Assembly (NCBI GenBank): GCA_903856085.1
Contig: CAIOAT010000013.1
Span: 167,430-231,429, forward strand
Source: Candidatus Omnitrophota bacterium
Lineage (GTDB): Bacteria > Omnitrophota > Omnitrophia > Omnitrophales > Aquincolibacteriaceae
Length of the DNA stretch: 64,000 nt
Reading direction: 5' to 3'
Part shown: in pieces, positions 10,775 to 19,502 of the stretch
Layout of the letters: each line of letters begins with the position of its first letter
Position numbering within the stretch: position 1 is the stretch's first letter
Translations under genes and position numbers: made by a program
Notes under the pieces: generated by a model
The model's database searches: none
Told to the model about the DNA's origin: nothing
Seen by the model: the letters and a program-made list of their open reading frames with translations, nothing else

Positions 10775-12028
10775 TTATCTTTTCGTGCTCGTAGCTAATT
10801 CTTCGATCGTTTTGGCTCCTGAAGTAACCCTGGGGAAATCCGTGATGCCAAGCGCTTGAGCGATTTTCCGGGAAACGTCCACATGATGCTCTACCCCGGT
10901 GAAGGCAAGAGAGCCCGGTCCAAAGGCATAAAGCATCACAGGCGTCGGCGTATGGTATTTTGTCGTCCAAGTCACTTCCATATCTTTGCCGGACAGTTTG
11001 CCGTCAATGAGAACCAGCCCGCCGGTTTCATGGTCAGCGATCACGATTACAAGCGTTAAACCGTCTTTCTCGGCAAATTCCATGGCCGTTTTAACCGCCA
11101 TATCAAAAAGCAAGGTCTGCCGGACAACCTCGCCGGAGTCGTGCTTGTGTCCTGCAAAATCGATCTCGCTTCCCTCGACCATCAGGAAAAATCCTTTTTT
11201 ATTTTTCGCGAGGATTTCTATCGCCTTGGCCGTCATCGAAGCCAACGAAGGTTCCGGAGGAAGGGTCGTCAGCGCGTCATTCTCGAACAAACCCAAGAGT
11301 TTTGATTCTTTCGCGACCGCCAATTCTTCGGCATTACGCGGAATGCCATAACCCAGGGCTTCTAATTCAGCGATGAGATCACGGCCATCTTTGCGTTTTC
11401 CTCCGGGGACCGATTCGGGGATCCAATAACTTCTCCCTCCGCCCAAAAGAATGTCCGTGCCGCTTTTTCTCATATCAAGCGCAATGTCGATCTCATCTCT
11501 GCGGCTAGGAACATGGGCAACGAATCCGGCCGGCGTTGCGTCCGTGATCGATGAAGTAACGACCAGTCCCGTAGCCATTCCTTTTTGTTTGGCAGCCTCG
11601 GACAAAGTAAGGACACGTCCGCCTTCCGGCGAAAGACCGATCACTCCTTTTTTAGTCCTGACTCCCCCAGCAAGAGCGGTTGAGGCAGCGGCCGAGTCCG
11701 TTACAAGCGTGTCGGAAGCATTCGTCCAGACAATTCCGGTCACTGGAAGTCTTTCCAAATGGAGTTTTCCTACTGCCCCTCCTGCGATCAGATGAGCAAG
11801 CGTGGTTTCGGAAAGGCCCATTCCGTCACCGATAAGAAGAATCACATTGCGTATCGGCCCCGCAGTATTGGAATTAGAGTACGGCTCAGTCGATTCCGGA
11901 GGTGTATAGTAGGAAGTGTCGATCTCCCCGAGCTTTTGAACCGCTTCTTGCGCCAAAACAATTCGCCCGAAAAAAAATACCAACGCCAGCAAAGCCGCCG
12001 CAGCTCTTTGCCTTCTAATTCGCATCAC
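10775..12028 (-). CDS. phoA: alkaline phosphatase (PhoA family), exported
   Basis: IGDGMG, DSAAASTA (Ser nucleophile), DATPA, EGSEIDFAGH, ADHET; N-terminal signal peptide. Confidence 0.9.
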   Translation of the reverse strand: MMRIRRQRAAAALLALVFFFGRIVLAQEAVQKLGEIDTSYYTPPESTEPYSNSNTAGPIRNVILLIGDGMGLSETTLAHLIAGGAVGKLHLERLPVTGIVWTNASDTLVTDSAAASTALAGGVRTKKGVIGLSPEGGRVLTLSEAAKQKGMATGLVVTSSITDATPAGFVAHVPSRRDEIDIALDMRKSGTDILLGGGRSYWIPESVPGGKRKDGRDLIAELEALGYGIPRNAEELAVAKESKLLGLFENDALTTLPPEPSLASMTAKAIEILAKNKKGFFLMVEGSEIDFAGHKHDSGEVVRQTLLFDMAVKTAMEFAEKDGLTLVIVIADHETGGLVLIDGKLSGKDMEVTWTTKYHTPTPVMLYAFGPGSLAFTGVEHHVDVSRKIAQALGITDFPRVTSGAKTIEELATSTKR

Positions 12029-12060
12029 GGATTTCTTCCGAGTGGAACGAAATAATCATT

Positions 12061-12639
12061 TTATATTTTTACTTTTCCGGATAGACCGAATTTTAAGGCT
12101 TCGGGATAGAGTTCGTATTCGACCTGATGGATGCGAGCTTCAAGAATTTCGAGCGTGTCATCAGGAAGAATCGGGACTTTGCGCTGTAAAATGACGGGGC
12201 CAGTATCCACCCCGGGGTCGACGAAATGAACCGTCACGCCGGTCTCTTTGGCTTTCGCGTCCCAAGCATCCTTGATCGCGTGAGCCCCCGGAAACTTCGG
12301 AAGAAGCGCGGGATGAATATTAATAAGCCGTCCGTAGTATTTTTTCACGAAACCTTCCGTGAGAACGCGCATGAACCCGGCCAGCACGACGAAATCAACC
12401 TTATGGGATTCCAGGCATTCCTCAAGAGCCTTGTCAAAAGCCGCCCGCTCTGCGTACGCCTTGTGATCGATCACAACCGTTTTCACACCAAGAGCGGCCG
12501 CCTTTTCAAGCGCCGTCACACCGGGTTTATTAGAGATAACAAGCGCCGGAATCGCGAGGATCTCACCCGCCTGGATCCGTTTGATCAGATTCTCTGCGTT
12601 TGTTCCGCTGCCGGACACTAAAAAAGCGATACGTTTCAT
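12061..12639 (-). CDS. purN: phosphoribosylglycinamide formyltransferase
   Basis: SGSGTN, LAGFMR, NIHPALLP, GVTVHFVDPGVDTGP. Confidence 0.97.
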   Translation of the reverse strand: MKRIAFLVSGSGTNAENLIKRIQAGEILAIPALVISNKPGVTALEKAAALGVKTVVIDHKAYAERAAFDKALEECLESHKVDFVVLAGFMRVLTEGFVKKYYGRLINIHPALLPKFPGAHAIKDAWDAKAKETGVTVHFVDPGVDTGPVILQRKVPILPDDTLEILEARIHQVEYELYPEALKFGLSGKVKI

Positions 12640-13334
12640 TGGAGGCTCCTTTTCGGCAAAACGCTTTTTCGGTCCTTCCCTGAAATCAAAACCACCATCT
12701 CACCTTTACGAGGTTTTTGCGTCATATCCCGGATGAGTTCGGACAGGTTCCCGCGCAAGACCTCTTCGAATTTTTTTGTGAGTTCACGCGCAACCGCAGC
12801 TTCACGATCCCCCAAAACCTCCATCGCATCCTGAAGCATTTTCACGATCCTAAAGGGGGATTCAAAAAAAATGAGCGTTTCTTCCCGGTCCGCAAGCGCT
12901 TGAAGCTCATGCCTGCGCCGTTGTCCTTTATTTGAAAGAAAACCAAAAAAACTAAAACTGTCCGTTGGAAGACCGCATAAGACAAGCGCCATCGTCACCG
13001 CCGACGGCCCCGGCAAGACTTCCAGGGGCAACTGCTCCGCAAGCACCGCGTGGACGACCTGAAACCCCGGATCCGACACGAGCGGCATCCCACCGTCTGA
13101 GACCAGCGCAATCCGCTTTCCTTCTCTTAGAAGCGCAACAATGCCCGCGGCTTTTTGCGCGGAGCTGTGCTCGTGATAACTAACCAGCGGTTTTGTGATC
13201 GCGTAATGCTGGAGGAGTTTCTGCGTCTGACGCGTATCCTCACAAACGATGATATCCGCCTGCTTCAATGCTTCCAGCGCCCTGAGCGTAACATCGGAGA
13301 GATTACCGATCGGTGTCGGAACAATGGTCAACAT
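12636..13334 (-). CDS. rsmI: 16S rRNA C1402 2'-O-methyltransferase
   Basis: TPIGNLSD, EDTR, SDGGMPLVSDPG, FESPFR, RELTKKFEE. Confidence 0.96.
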   Translation of the reverse strand: MLTIVPTPIGNLSDVTLRALEALKQADIIVCEDTRQTQKLLQHYAITKPLVSYHEHSSAQKAAGIVALLREGKRIALVSDGGMPLVSDPGFQVVHAVLAEQLPLEVLPGPSAVTMALVLCGLPTDSFSFFGFLSNKGQRRRHELQALADREETLIFFESPFRIVKMLQDAMEVLGDREAAVARELTKKFEEVLRGNLSELIRDMTQKPRKGEMVVLISGKDRKSVLPKRSLQ

Positions 13335-13340
13335 GGACCC

Positions 13341-14348
13341 TCAGCGATTCCGTTCAAGCACACAATCTGCAAGCTGTGCAAGACTTGTTCTGAAAACGGA
13401 TGGTGGGAAAACCTCAAGTTCGCGTTTGGCCAAAGCCATAAACGCTTTCGCCTTAGCCAGCGCGTAAGCCAGGGCCCCGCTTTTTTCGAGTGTCTCCCGG
13501 AGCATGGAAAACCGTCTGCTTTGACTTCGCGAATAAAGAATGCGAACGACTTTGTCCCTCTCTCCCGACGCAAGACAATGGATCACAGGGAGTGTGTAAA
13601 CCCCTTCTTCCAGGTCGGAGCCCAGGGTCTTGCCGAATTCACTCTCTTCGCCGGAGAAATCCAGAGAGTCATCCGTGATCTGGAACGCCATCCCAAAAAA
13701 TTTCCCGAACCGTCTGAGCGCCTCGGATTTCTCGGGTTCGATCCCCCAAATGAGCGCCCCGGTCTCGATCGCGCACGCGAGAAGCGATGCCGTTTTCTTG
13801 CCAATGATCTCGAGATGGGTCTCTTCGGTCATATTGATATTTTTCTTTTCACTAATTTCTTGAACTTCTCCTTCGCAGATCTCTCCGGCGGTCTTTAGGA
13901 AAAGCGGAACGATCCGGTCATTGCCATAGCGAAAGATCGTCACGATAGCACGGTCATGAAAGTAATCCCCCGCAAGAACGGCCGCTTGCGGTCCTGATTT
14001 AATGTGAAGGGCTGCGACGCCTCGCCTGAGCGGAGCAGAATCAATAATATCGTCATGAATGAGTGTCGCGGCGTGGAAGATTTCGGTAGCCGCGGCAAGA
14101 TAAAGTTCCGCAGTCTCGTTGCGTTCCGACGGGATTCCCCGCCCCGGCTGTAGGGACCTTGAAAGACCGGCGCCTAGCAGAATCAAGGCAGGCCGCAGGA
14201 GCTTTCCGTTCTTCGAAAAAAAATGGTCGACCATTTCGCGCATCTTGAGGATGGGTGTGTCAAGCGTCTCCCGGATAAGCGGTGGGACCCGGCTGAGGCC
14301 GGCCTGAACGGGAGCGTAGATGTCTTCAAGGGTTAGGGTGGTTTTCAT
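13341..14348 (-). CDS. long-chain polyprenyl diphosphate synthase
   Basis: GKLLRP, FARM HDDIID-RRG, KTASL, SARM FQITDD, GK-GSDLEEG-TLP. Confidence 0.92.
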   Translation of the reverse strand: MKTTLTLEDIYAPVQAGLSRVPPLIRETLDTPILKMREMVDHFFSKNGKLLRPALILLGAGLSRSLQPGRGIPSERNETAELYLAAATEIFHAATLIHDDIIDSAPLRRGVAALHIKSGPQAAVLAGDYFHDRAIVTIFRYGNDRIVPLFLKTAGEICEGEVQEISEKKNINMTEETHLEIIGKKTASLLACAIETGALIWGIEPEKSEALRRFGKFFGMAFQITDDSLDFSGEESEFGKTLGSDLEEGVYTLPVIHCLASGERDKVVRILYSRSQSRRFSMLRETLEKSGALAYALAKAKAFMALAKRELEVFPPSVFRTSLAQLADCVLERNR

Positions 14349-14350
14349 AG

Positions 14351-14370
14351 AGGGCGGTATTATACAACAA
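14351..14370 (-). promoter_or_regulatory. 20-nt box with TATAAT, copy 1 (near-leaderless promoter)
   Basis: TTGTTGTATAATACCGCCCT, identical to 17401-17420. The -10 hexamer is 10 nt before the ATG and there is no SD. Confidence 0.6.
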
Positions 14371-14374
14371 ACAG

Positions 14375-14440
14375 ACGTCCGCGGGAAACGAGGAACGGAT
14401 CAGCGCGTTCCCTGTAGCTCGTGTGTTACGGCCCGTGGTG
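14375..14440. repeat. 7-nt-period inverted repeat element
   Basis: GGAAACG AGGAACG followed by CGT/TGT units at 14406, 14413, 14420 and 14434. Shares 13 nt with the element at 57.05 kb. Confidence 0.55.
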
Positions 14441-14444
14441 TAAA

Positions 14445-15383
14445 TTATTCGGGCTTTTCTTCGAGGGCCTGGGCAAGGGTTATGAACTGCTCAAGAGAAA
14501 GGGTTTCACCACGAACTTTGGAAGAAAAACCGCTCTCTTCGAAAATGCGCTCGAGATCTTCACGTCCTCGCTCCTGCTTGAAATGATGTGCCAGTAACGA
14601 TAAAAGAGTTTTGCGGCGTTGGCTGAACGCGACCCGGATGATCTCAAGAAGAAATTTCTCACGCCCCGTTTTGAGAGGGTCGCGGTCTTCATACGGATCA
14701 CTGCCTGCAAGGCGACGATGGGGACTGCCTAGACTAGCATTTTGAAAAAGAGGGGAAAAGTTTTGTCGGAAAACGTACCCCACGACTCTCGAAGTCACTT
14801 CCGGCGGCGGAAGAAAACACTTCGGTGAAACGTCAAAAAGGAACTCCGTTTCTCCGTAGAACCGGCTCGTGACACTCAAACGTCCATAGTCCTCATCCCC
14901 CGCTTGCGCAGTCAGCCGCGCGGCCACTTCTTTTTGGAGCATGAGCACGGCCTTTGAAAAAACTTTTGCGTGGTCGATCAGATGAAAAAGAATGGGCGTG
15001 CTGATGTAGTAGGGTAGATTCCCGATCACCTTTACCTTAACGCCGGGGCCGGCCCATGGCCGGATCAGTTTTGAGAGATCGCTTTTCAGAATATCGCCCT
15101 GGATTAATTTGAAGCGATCGGGATATTCCGACAAAAGTTCTTGGGTCAGGATCTCGACAAATTTCTTGTCCGTCTCCACCGCCAGCAACGGAAACCCTCG
15201 CCGCAAAACCTCCTGCGTCACCGCCCCCAATCCCGGCCCAATTTCAAAAACATGTTCACCCTCTTGAAGGTCCAGCGCATCCACGATCTTGCGGATCGTA
15301 TTGGGATCCATCAGGAGATGCTGACCCAGATGGCCGCGGATCCGAAGAGCGTATTTCTTTAGCAGTTCTATCTGTGTGAGCAT
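14445..15383 (-). CDS. rsmA: 16S rRNA A1518/A1519 dimethyltransferase
   Basis: LGQHLL, EIGPGLG, GNLPYYIS, MLQKEVA, YGRLS, QRRKTL; has an internal insertion. Confidence 0.96.
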   Translation of the reverse strand: MLTQIELLKKYALRIRGHLGQHLLMDPNTIRKIVDALDLQEGEHVFEIGPGLGAVTQEVLRRGFPLLAVETDKKFVEILTQELLSEYPDRFKLIQGDILKSDLSKLIRPWAGPGVKVKVIGNLPYYISTPILFHLIDHAKVFSKAVLMLQKEVAARLTAQAGDEDYGRLSVTSRFYGETEFLFDVSPKCFLPPPEVTSRVVGYVFRQNFSPLFQNASLGSPHRRLAGSDPYEDRDPLKTGREKFLLEIIRVAFSQRRKTLLSLLAHHFKQERGREDLERIFEESGFSSKVRGETLSLEQFITLAQALEEKPE

Positions 15384-16384
15384 TTCGCAAGAACAGCTTT
15401 CTTGGCAAGGCGGAGTGCCGCAAGCATGGAAGAAGGATCGGCTTTGCCTTGATACGCAATATCAAAGGCCGTTCCATGATCCGGCGAAGTGCGGATATAC
15501 GGAAGCCCGAGGGTTACGTTCACACCGTCGTGGAACGCGACCAGTTTGAACGGCGCGAGCGCCTGATCATGGTACATACCGATCACCGCATCGTATTGGC
15601 CGTGATAAGCCGCGTGAAAGAGAAGGTCGGCAGAGAGTGGCCCCACAGCATCGATCCCCTTGCGGCAAGCCGCGCGAACTGCGGGTTCAATCACTTTCAC
15701 CTCTTCATCCCCAGATTCTTTTCCATGAGGATTCAAGGCGCAGACAGCAATTCTTGGCTTTTTGATCCCGAAACCGCGCTTGAGCATTTCACTCGTGAGA
15801 ACGATCTTTTCGAGTATGGATTTCGCCGTGAGCAAATGACTTACTTTCTTAAGCGATACATGGATGGTCGCAAGCGTCACATTAAGACGCGGGCTCACAA
15901 ACATCATGGCAAATCGCCGCACCCTGGATCTTTGCGCAAGATATTCCGTGTGCCCGATAAATTTTTTATCCACGAGCCGGATCGCGGTCTTGTTCACCGG
16001 CGCGGTCACGATTGCGTCTACGATCCCTTGCTTGGCCCAAGACGCTGCCTTTTCGATCGCCGAAAGCGCAAGGCGCCCGTTTTCGCGAGACAGCTTCCCT
16101 ATTTTGAATGTCTCGCAACCCCGGAGCCCTGAGGAAACATCGAAAAAATAAATATTCCCAGCACGAAGGGATCCTGGAAGAACGGTGTGAACCGTTTTAA
16201 ACGAAAGCCAGAGGCCAGTTTTTTGACAGAGTGTTTTAAACACTTCTCGGGATCCTATCAAGAGATAGGCCGAACGCTTGGAGGGTTTTTCTTTTTGAAG
16301 GGCCTTCACGAGGATCTCGGGACCAATACCGCCCGGATCGCCCATCGTAAGGGCAATAACAGGATCATGGGACATATTTTTCAT
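15368..16384 (-). CDS. pdxA: 4-hydroxythreonine-4-phosphate dehydrogenase
   Basis: MGDPGGIGPE, TAPVNK, GHTEYL, YHDQ, RTSPDHGTAFDIA. Confidence 0.95.
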   Translation of the reverse strand: MKNMSHDPVIALTMGDPGGIGPEILVKALQKEKPSKRSAYLLIGSREVFKTLCQKTGLWLSFKTVHTVLPGSLRAGNIYFFDVSSGLRGCETFKIGKLSRENGRLALSAIEKAASWAKQGIVDAIVTAPVNKTAIRLVDKKFIGHTEYLAQRSRVRRFAMMFVSPRLNVTLATIHVSLKKVSHLLTAKSILEKIVLTSEMLKRGFGIKKPRIAVCALNPHGKESGDEEVKVIEPAVRAACRKGIDAVGPLSADLLFHAAYHGQYDAVIGMYHDQALAPFKLVAFHDGVNVTLGLPYIRTSPDHGTAFDIAYQGKADPSSMLAALRLAKKAVLAKCSHR

Positions 16385-16428
16385 TCCTATTGGGAAGAAG
16401 ACGGCCTTATCAAAATGGCAAGGCGTCC

Positions 16429-17400
16429 TTACTTGATGGAGATATACGCCGCCTTTTTAACCTCTTCCACCCAGTCGTGAAATCTTGCGTTGCTTTTCTC
16501 CTGGAAGAGGTATCCCGATACCTGGTCTTTCACTTCTTCAAAGGTCCGGACTTTCTCTGGCTCTTTGGCTTCGATGCGGAAGATGTGATACCCAATGGGC
16601 GTCTCCACGATCCCAGTCAGCTGCCCCACGGGCGTTTTAAAGATCACCTCATCGACAGATTCGATCATAGCGCCGCGTTCGATCCAATCCCCAAGGCCTT
16701 CCTGCTTTGCGAGACTGTCCTCGGAAAAATCCTTCACGATCTGATCGAAATTGTGATAGAGCCGGATCTTTTGCTCCAAAAGCTCGATCCGCTGCCGCGC
16801 CTTTTCATCCGTAAGCCCCTTGGAGCGAGCCTCCTCGCTTTTTTTGATCGTGAGCGATCGCGCCCTAACGCGTGCTTTCGTTGTAAACTTTTCAGGATTG
16901 TTCTTATAGAAATCCGCCACCTCCGTCGGAGACACGATCACCTTCGAACGGATCTCACGATCTTGAAGCTGACGGATCATCGCCTGCTTCTTGAGCCTCT
17001 CGCGCAGAGCTTTCATCGTAAGGCCTTCTCGCTCCAGCATCTCGTCCAAGTCTTCGGGTTTTTCCATCTTCGACTTGAACGTCTGGAACTCCTTGTCCAC
17101 ATCTTCGTCCTTGACCTCAATCCCCATCTGGACCGCTTCTTGGTACACAAGCTTGTCCTCGATCATCTGGCTCAGGATCTTTTGACGAACATCGTTAATC
17201 GCTTTCATTAACTCAGCACCGCTGTATTCCTTGCTGTATTGCTCATAGATCGGCCGGAGGAATGTATCCAGTTCGGCCTGGGTGATGACCTCGTCATTGA
17301 CCACGGCCACCACGCGATCGAGCAATTCCTGCTCCGCCGCGCGGGCAAGCGGCACGAATAAGGGCAGAACTAATAGGACGAGAATAATGAGTTTTTTCAT
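16429..17400 (-). CDS. surA: SurA-like periplasmic chaperone / parvulin PPIase
   Basis: Signal peptide, DRVVAVVNDEVIT SurA N-domain, one parvulin domain (FSEDS-GLGD, ETPIGYHIF); adjacent to pdxA-rsmA. Confidence 0.85.
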   Translation of the reverse strand: MKKLIILVLLVLPLFVPLARAAEQELLDRVVAVVNDEVITQAELDTFLRPIYEQYSKEYSGAELMKAINDVRQKILSQMIEDKLVYQEAVQMGIEVKDEDVDKEFQTFKSKMEKPEDLDEMLEREGLTMKALRERLKKQAMIRQLQDREIRSKVIVSPTEVADFYKNNPEKFTTKARVRARSLTIKKSEEARSKGLTDEKARQRIELLEQKIRLYHNFDQIVKDFSEDSLAKQEGLGDWIERGAMIESVDEVIFKTPVGQLTGIVETPIGYHIFRIEAKEPEKVRTFEEVKDQVSGYLFQEKSNARFHDWVEEVKKAAYISIK

Positions 17401-17420
17401 AGGGCGGTATTATACAACAA
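17401..17420 (-). promoter_or_regulatory. 20-nt box with TATAAT, copy 2 (near-leaderless promoter)
   Basis: Identical to 14351-14370 and abuts the surA ATG, with 8 nt between the -10 hexamer and the ATG. Confidence 0.6.
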
Positions 17421-17448
17421 TTCAGACCTCAGACTACAGCCTTCAAAG
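17421..17448. repeat. degenerate tandem heptamer array
   Basis: TTCAGAC CTCAGAC TACAGCC TTCAAAG. Confidence 0.5.
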
Positions 17449-17504
17449 CAAAAAAAGGTGTGCTCCGACGGTGAAAAGGCACTGTATCTCAAATAGACCT
17501 CGCG

Positions 17505-17532
17505 TCGTACGCAAGACGCTTTACGCCGTACT
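17505..17532. repeat. degenerate tandem heptamer array
   Basis: TCGTACG CAAGACG CTTTACG CCGTACT. Confidence 0.55.
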
Positions 17533-17544
17533 CGAAAAACGCCC

Positions 17545-19434
17545 TTAGCCATTTTTTACCTCCTCCACCGCTTTCTTGAGCATCCGGCAATAAAGGTCAA
17601 AGCCCACGGCCTGAATGAAACCGCTTTGTTCATGTCCCAAGAGATTCCCGGCACCGCGGATCTCAAGATCCTCCATCGCGATCTTAAAACCCGACCCCAG
17701 CTGAGTGAATTTCTCGATGGCGTGGAGCCTCTTTTGGGCGTCCTGCGTCATCACCCAGTCCTTGGGGATCAAAAAATACGCATAGGCCTGCCGCTTTTCT
17801 TTGAAACGTCCCACGCGGCCGCGCAGTTGATAAAGGTCTGCAAGACCAAAACAATCGGCCCGATCCACAATGAGCGTGTTGACATTCGGGATATCGATCC
17901 CGGACTCCACAATGCAGGTCGAAATAAGACAATCGATCTCGCCTTTGAGAAATGCTTTCATCGCAGCTTCCAGCATATCAACTTGCATCTGTCCGTGCAT
18001 GACCCCGAATCGCACGCCGGGAAGGAGTTTTTGCATCCTTTCATGGACCCGTTCGATCGACTGCACGCGGTTGTGCACGAAATAAACCTGCCCTTTTCGC
18101 GCCAATTCCCGCTCGATCGCCTGCTTGATGATATTTTCGTGGTACTCGATAACAAAGGTCTCGACCGGCATCCGGTTTTTCGGCGGCGTATCGATCACCG
18201 ACATATCGCGTACGCCGAGAAGTGCCATATGAAGCGTCCTCGGGATAGGCGTAGCCGTAAGCGTGAGAACATCCACTTGCGTTCGCATCTGCTTGAGCTT
18301 TTCTTTGTGCCGCACACCGAAGCGTTGCTCCTCATCAATGATGACAAGACCGAGATCTTTGAACAAGATATCCTTGGAAAGCAGGCGGTGCGTGCCGATC
18401 ACGACGTCCGTCGCGCCTTTTTGAAGGGACCTGGCGATCATCTTTTGATCTTTCGGCGATTGGAATCTTGAGAGAAGCTCGACTGTGATTGGAAAATTTT
18501 TCGCGCGTTCTTTCAACAGAATGTAATGCTGTTCGGCAAGGATCGTGGTCGGCACCAGAAACGCCACCTGTTTGCCTCCCATCACACCCTTAAATGCAGC
18601 GCGCATTGCAACCTCGGTCTTACCGTAGCCCACATCCCCGCAAAGCAGACGATCCATCGGCCCTGTGGATTCCATATCCCGTTTCACTTCTTCGATTGCA
18701 CGTTTTTGACCGGATGTTTCTTCAAAAGGGAATTCTTCCTCGAACTGTTTTTGCCACGGCACATCCTTAGGAAACGCCAACCCCTGCAAGAGGCTGCGCT
18801 TGGCCTGGATCTCGAGAAGATCTTTTGCGACTCTATAGAGAGCGGTCCTCGTCCGGTGCTTGATCCGCTCCCATTCCTGGGTATTGAGCTTGGTGAGTTT
18901 CGGCCCAATACCGGAACCACCGATGTAACGCTCCACAGGCTCTTCGATGGAAAGATAAAGAATCTCGCTCGCAGCGTATTCGATCGCCATGCAGCGAGTA
19001 CGTTTCCCCTGCATTTGGATGACTTTGGTGCCGAGAAAACGACCGATCCCGTACTTGAGATGTACCACCAGATCGCCTCGCTCGAGGTCCCGGGTACCTG
19101 CCACGGGCTCGAAGGTCTCAAGGCGCTCCTCCATGCGACGAAGTTTTTTCCGGAACATGTCGGAGACCTGGATGAGAAATACTTCTTCAAAGGTCGCCAT
19201 GCTCTCGCCTGAGGCAAGCGAGAAATCACGGATCTGGATGGGTATGTCCCCTTGGAACTGAACGCGAACCGGAAGTCGGTAGGTCACGGGATAAATATCA
19301 ACCACTCCGCCACGCACGGCAAATTCTCCGGGCAGGGCGACATATTCTTTTTTCTGGTAGTGGAGCCCGGTGAGAAGCTCCTCGAGCTGCTCAATCCCGA
19401 TCTGGGCGTTGATCCTAAGACGTCGAATCTCCAT
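17545..19434 (-). CDS. mfd: transcription-repair coupling factor, short form (629 aa)
   Basis: UvrB-like D2 ([15 protein letters not shown]), RID ([14 protein letters not shown]), [31 protein letters not shown] and TRG motif [12 protein letters not shown]. Confidence 0.93.
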   Translation of the reverse strand: MEIRRLRINAQIGIEQLEELLTGLHYQKKEYVALPGEFAVRGGVVDIYPVTYRLPVRVQFQGDIPIQIRDFSLASGESMATFEEVFLIQVSDMFRKKLRRMEERLETFEPVAGTRDLERGDLVVHLKYGIGRFLGTKVIQMQGKRTRCMAIEYAASEILYLSIEEPVERYIGGSGIGPKLTKLNTQEWERIKHRTRTALYRVAKDLLEIQAKRSLLQGLAFPKDVPWQKQFEEEFPFEETSGQKRAIEEVKRDMESTGPMDRLLCGDVGYGKTEVAMRAAFKGVMGGKQVAFLVPTTILAEQHYILLKERAKNFPITVELLSRFQSPKDQKMIARSLQKGATDVVIGTHRLLSKDILFKDLGLVIIDEEQRFGVRHKEKLKQMRTQVDVLTLTATPIPRTLHMALLGVRDMSVIDTPPKNRMPVETFVIEYHENIIKQAIERELARKGQVYFVHNRVQSIERVHERMQKLLPGVRFGVMHGQMQVDMLEAAMKAFLKGEIDCLISTCIVESGIDIPNVNTLIVDRADCFGLADLYQLRGRVGRFKEKRQAYAYFLIPKDWVMTQDAQKRLHAIEKFTQLGSGFKIAMEDLEIRGAGNLLGHEQSGFIQAVGFDLYCRMLKKAVEEVKNG

Positions 19435-19443
19435 AAGGGGGAT

Positions 19444-19452
19444 ATTTTAGCA
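19444..19452 (-). promoter_or_regulatory. extended -10 element 9 nt before the mfd ATG
   Basis: TGCTAAAAT-ATCCCCCTT-ATG; no SD. Confidence 0.5.
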
Positions 19453-19502
19453 CAAAGTGAGCTTGTTGATTTTTCAAGAAAAACGATTATGTAACGCGGA
19501 AG

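Noticed and set aside
10775-12028. Alkaline phosphatase between purN and eno as an island
   Set aside because: It is an ordinary PhoA-family gene with no mobility signature and no clear Pho box.
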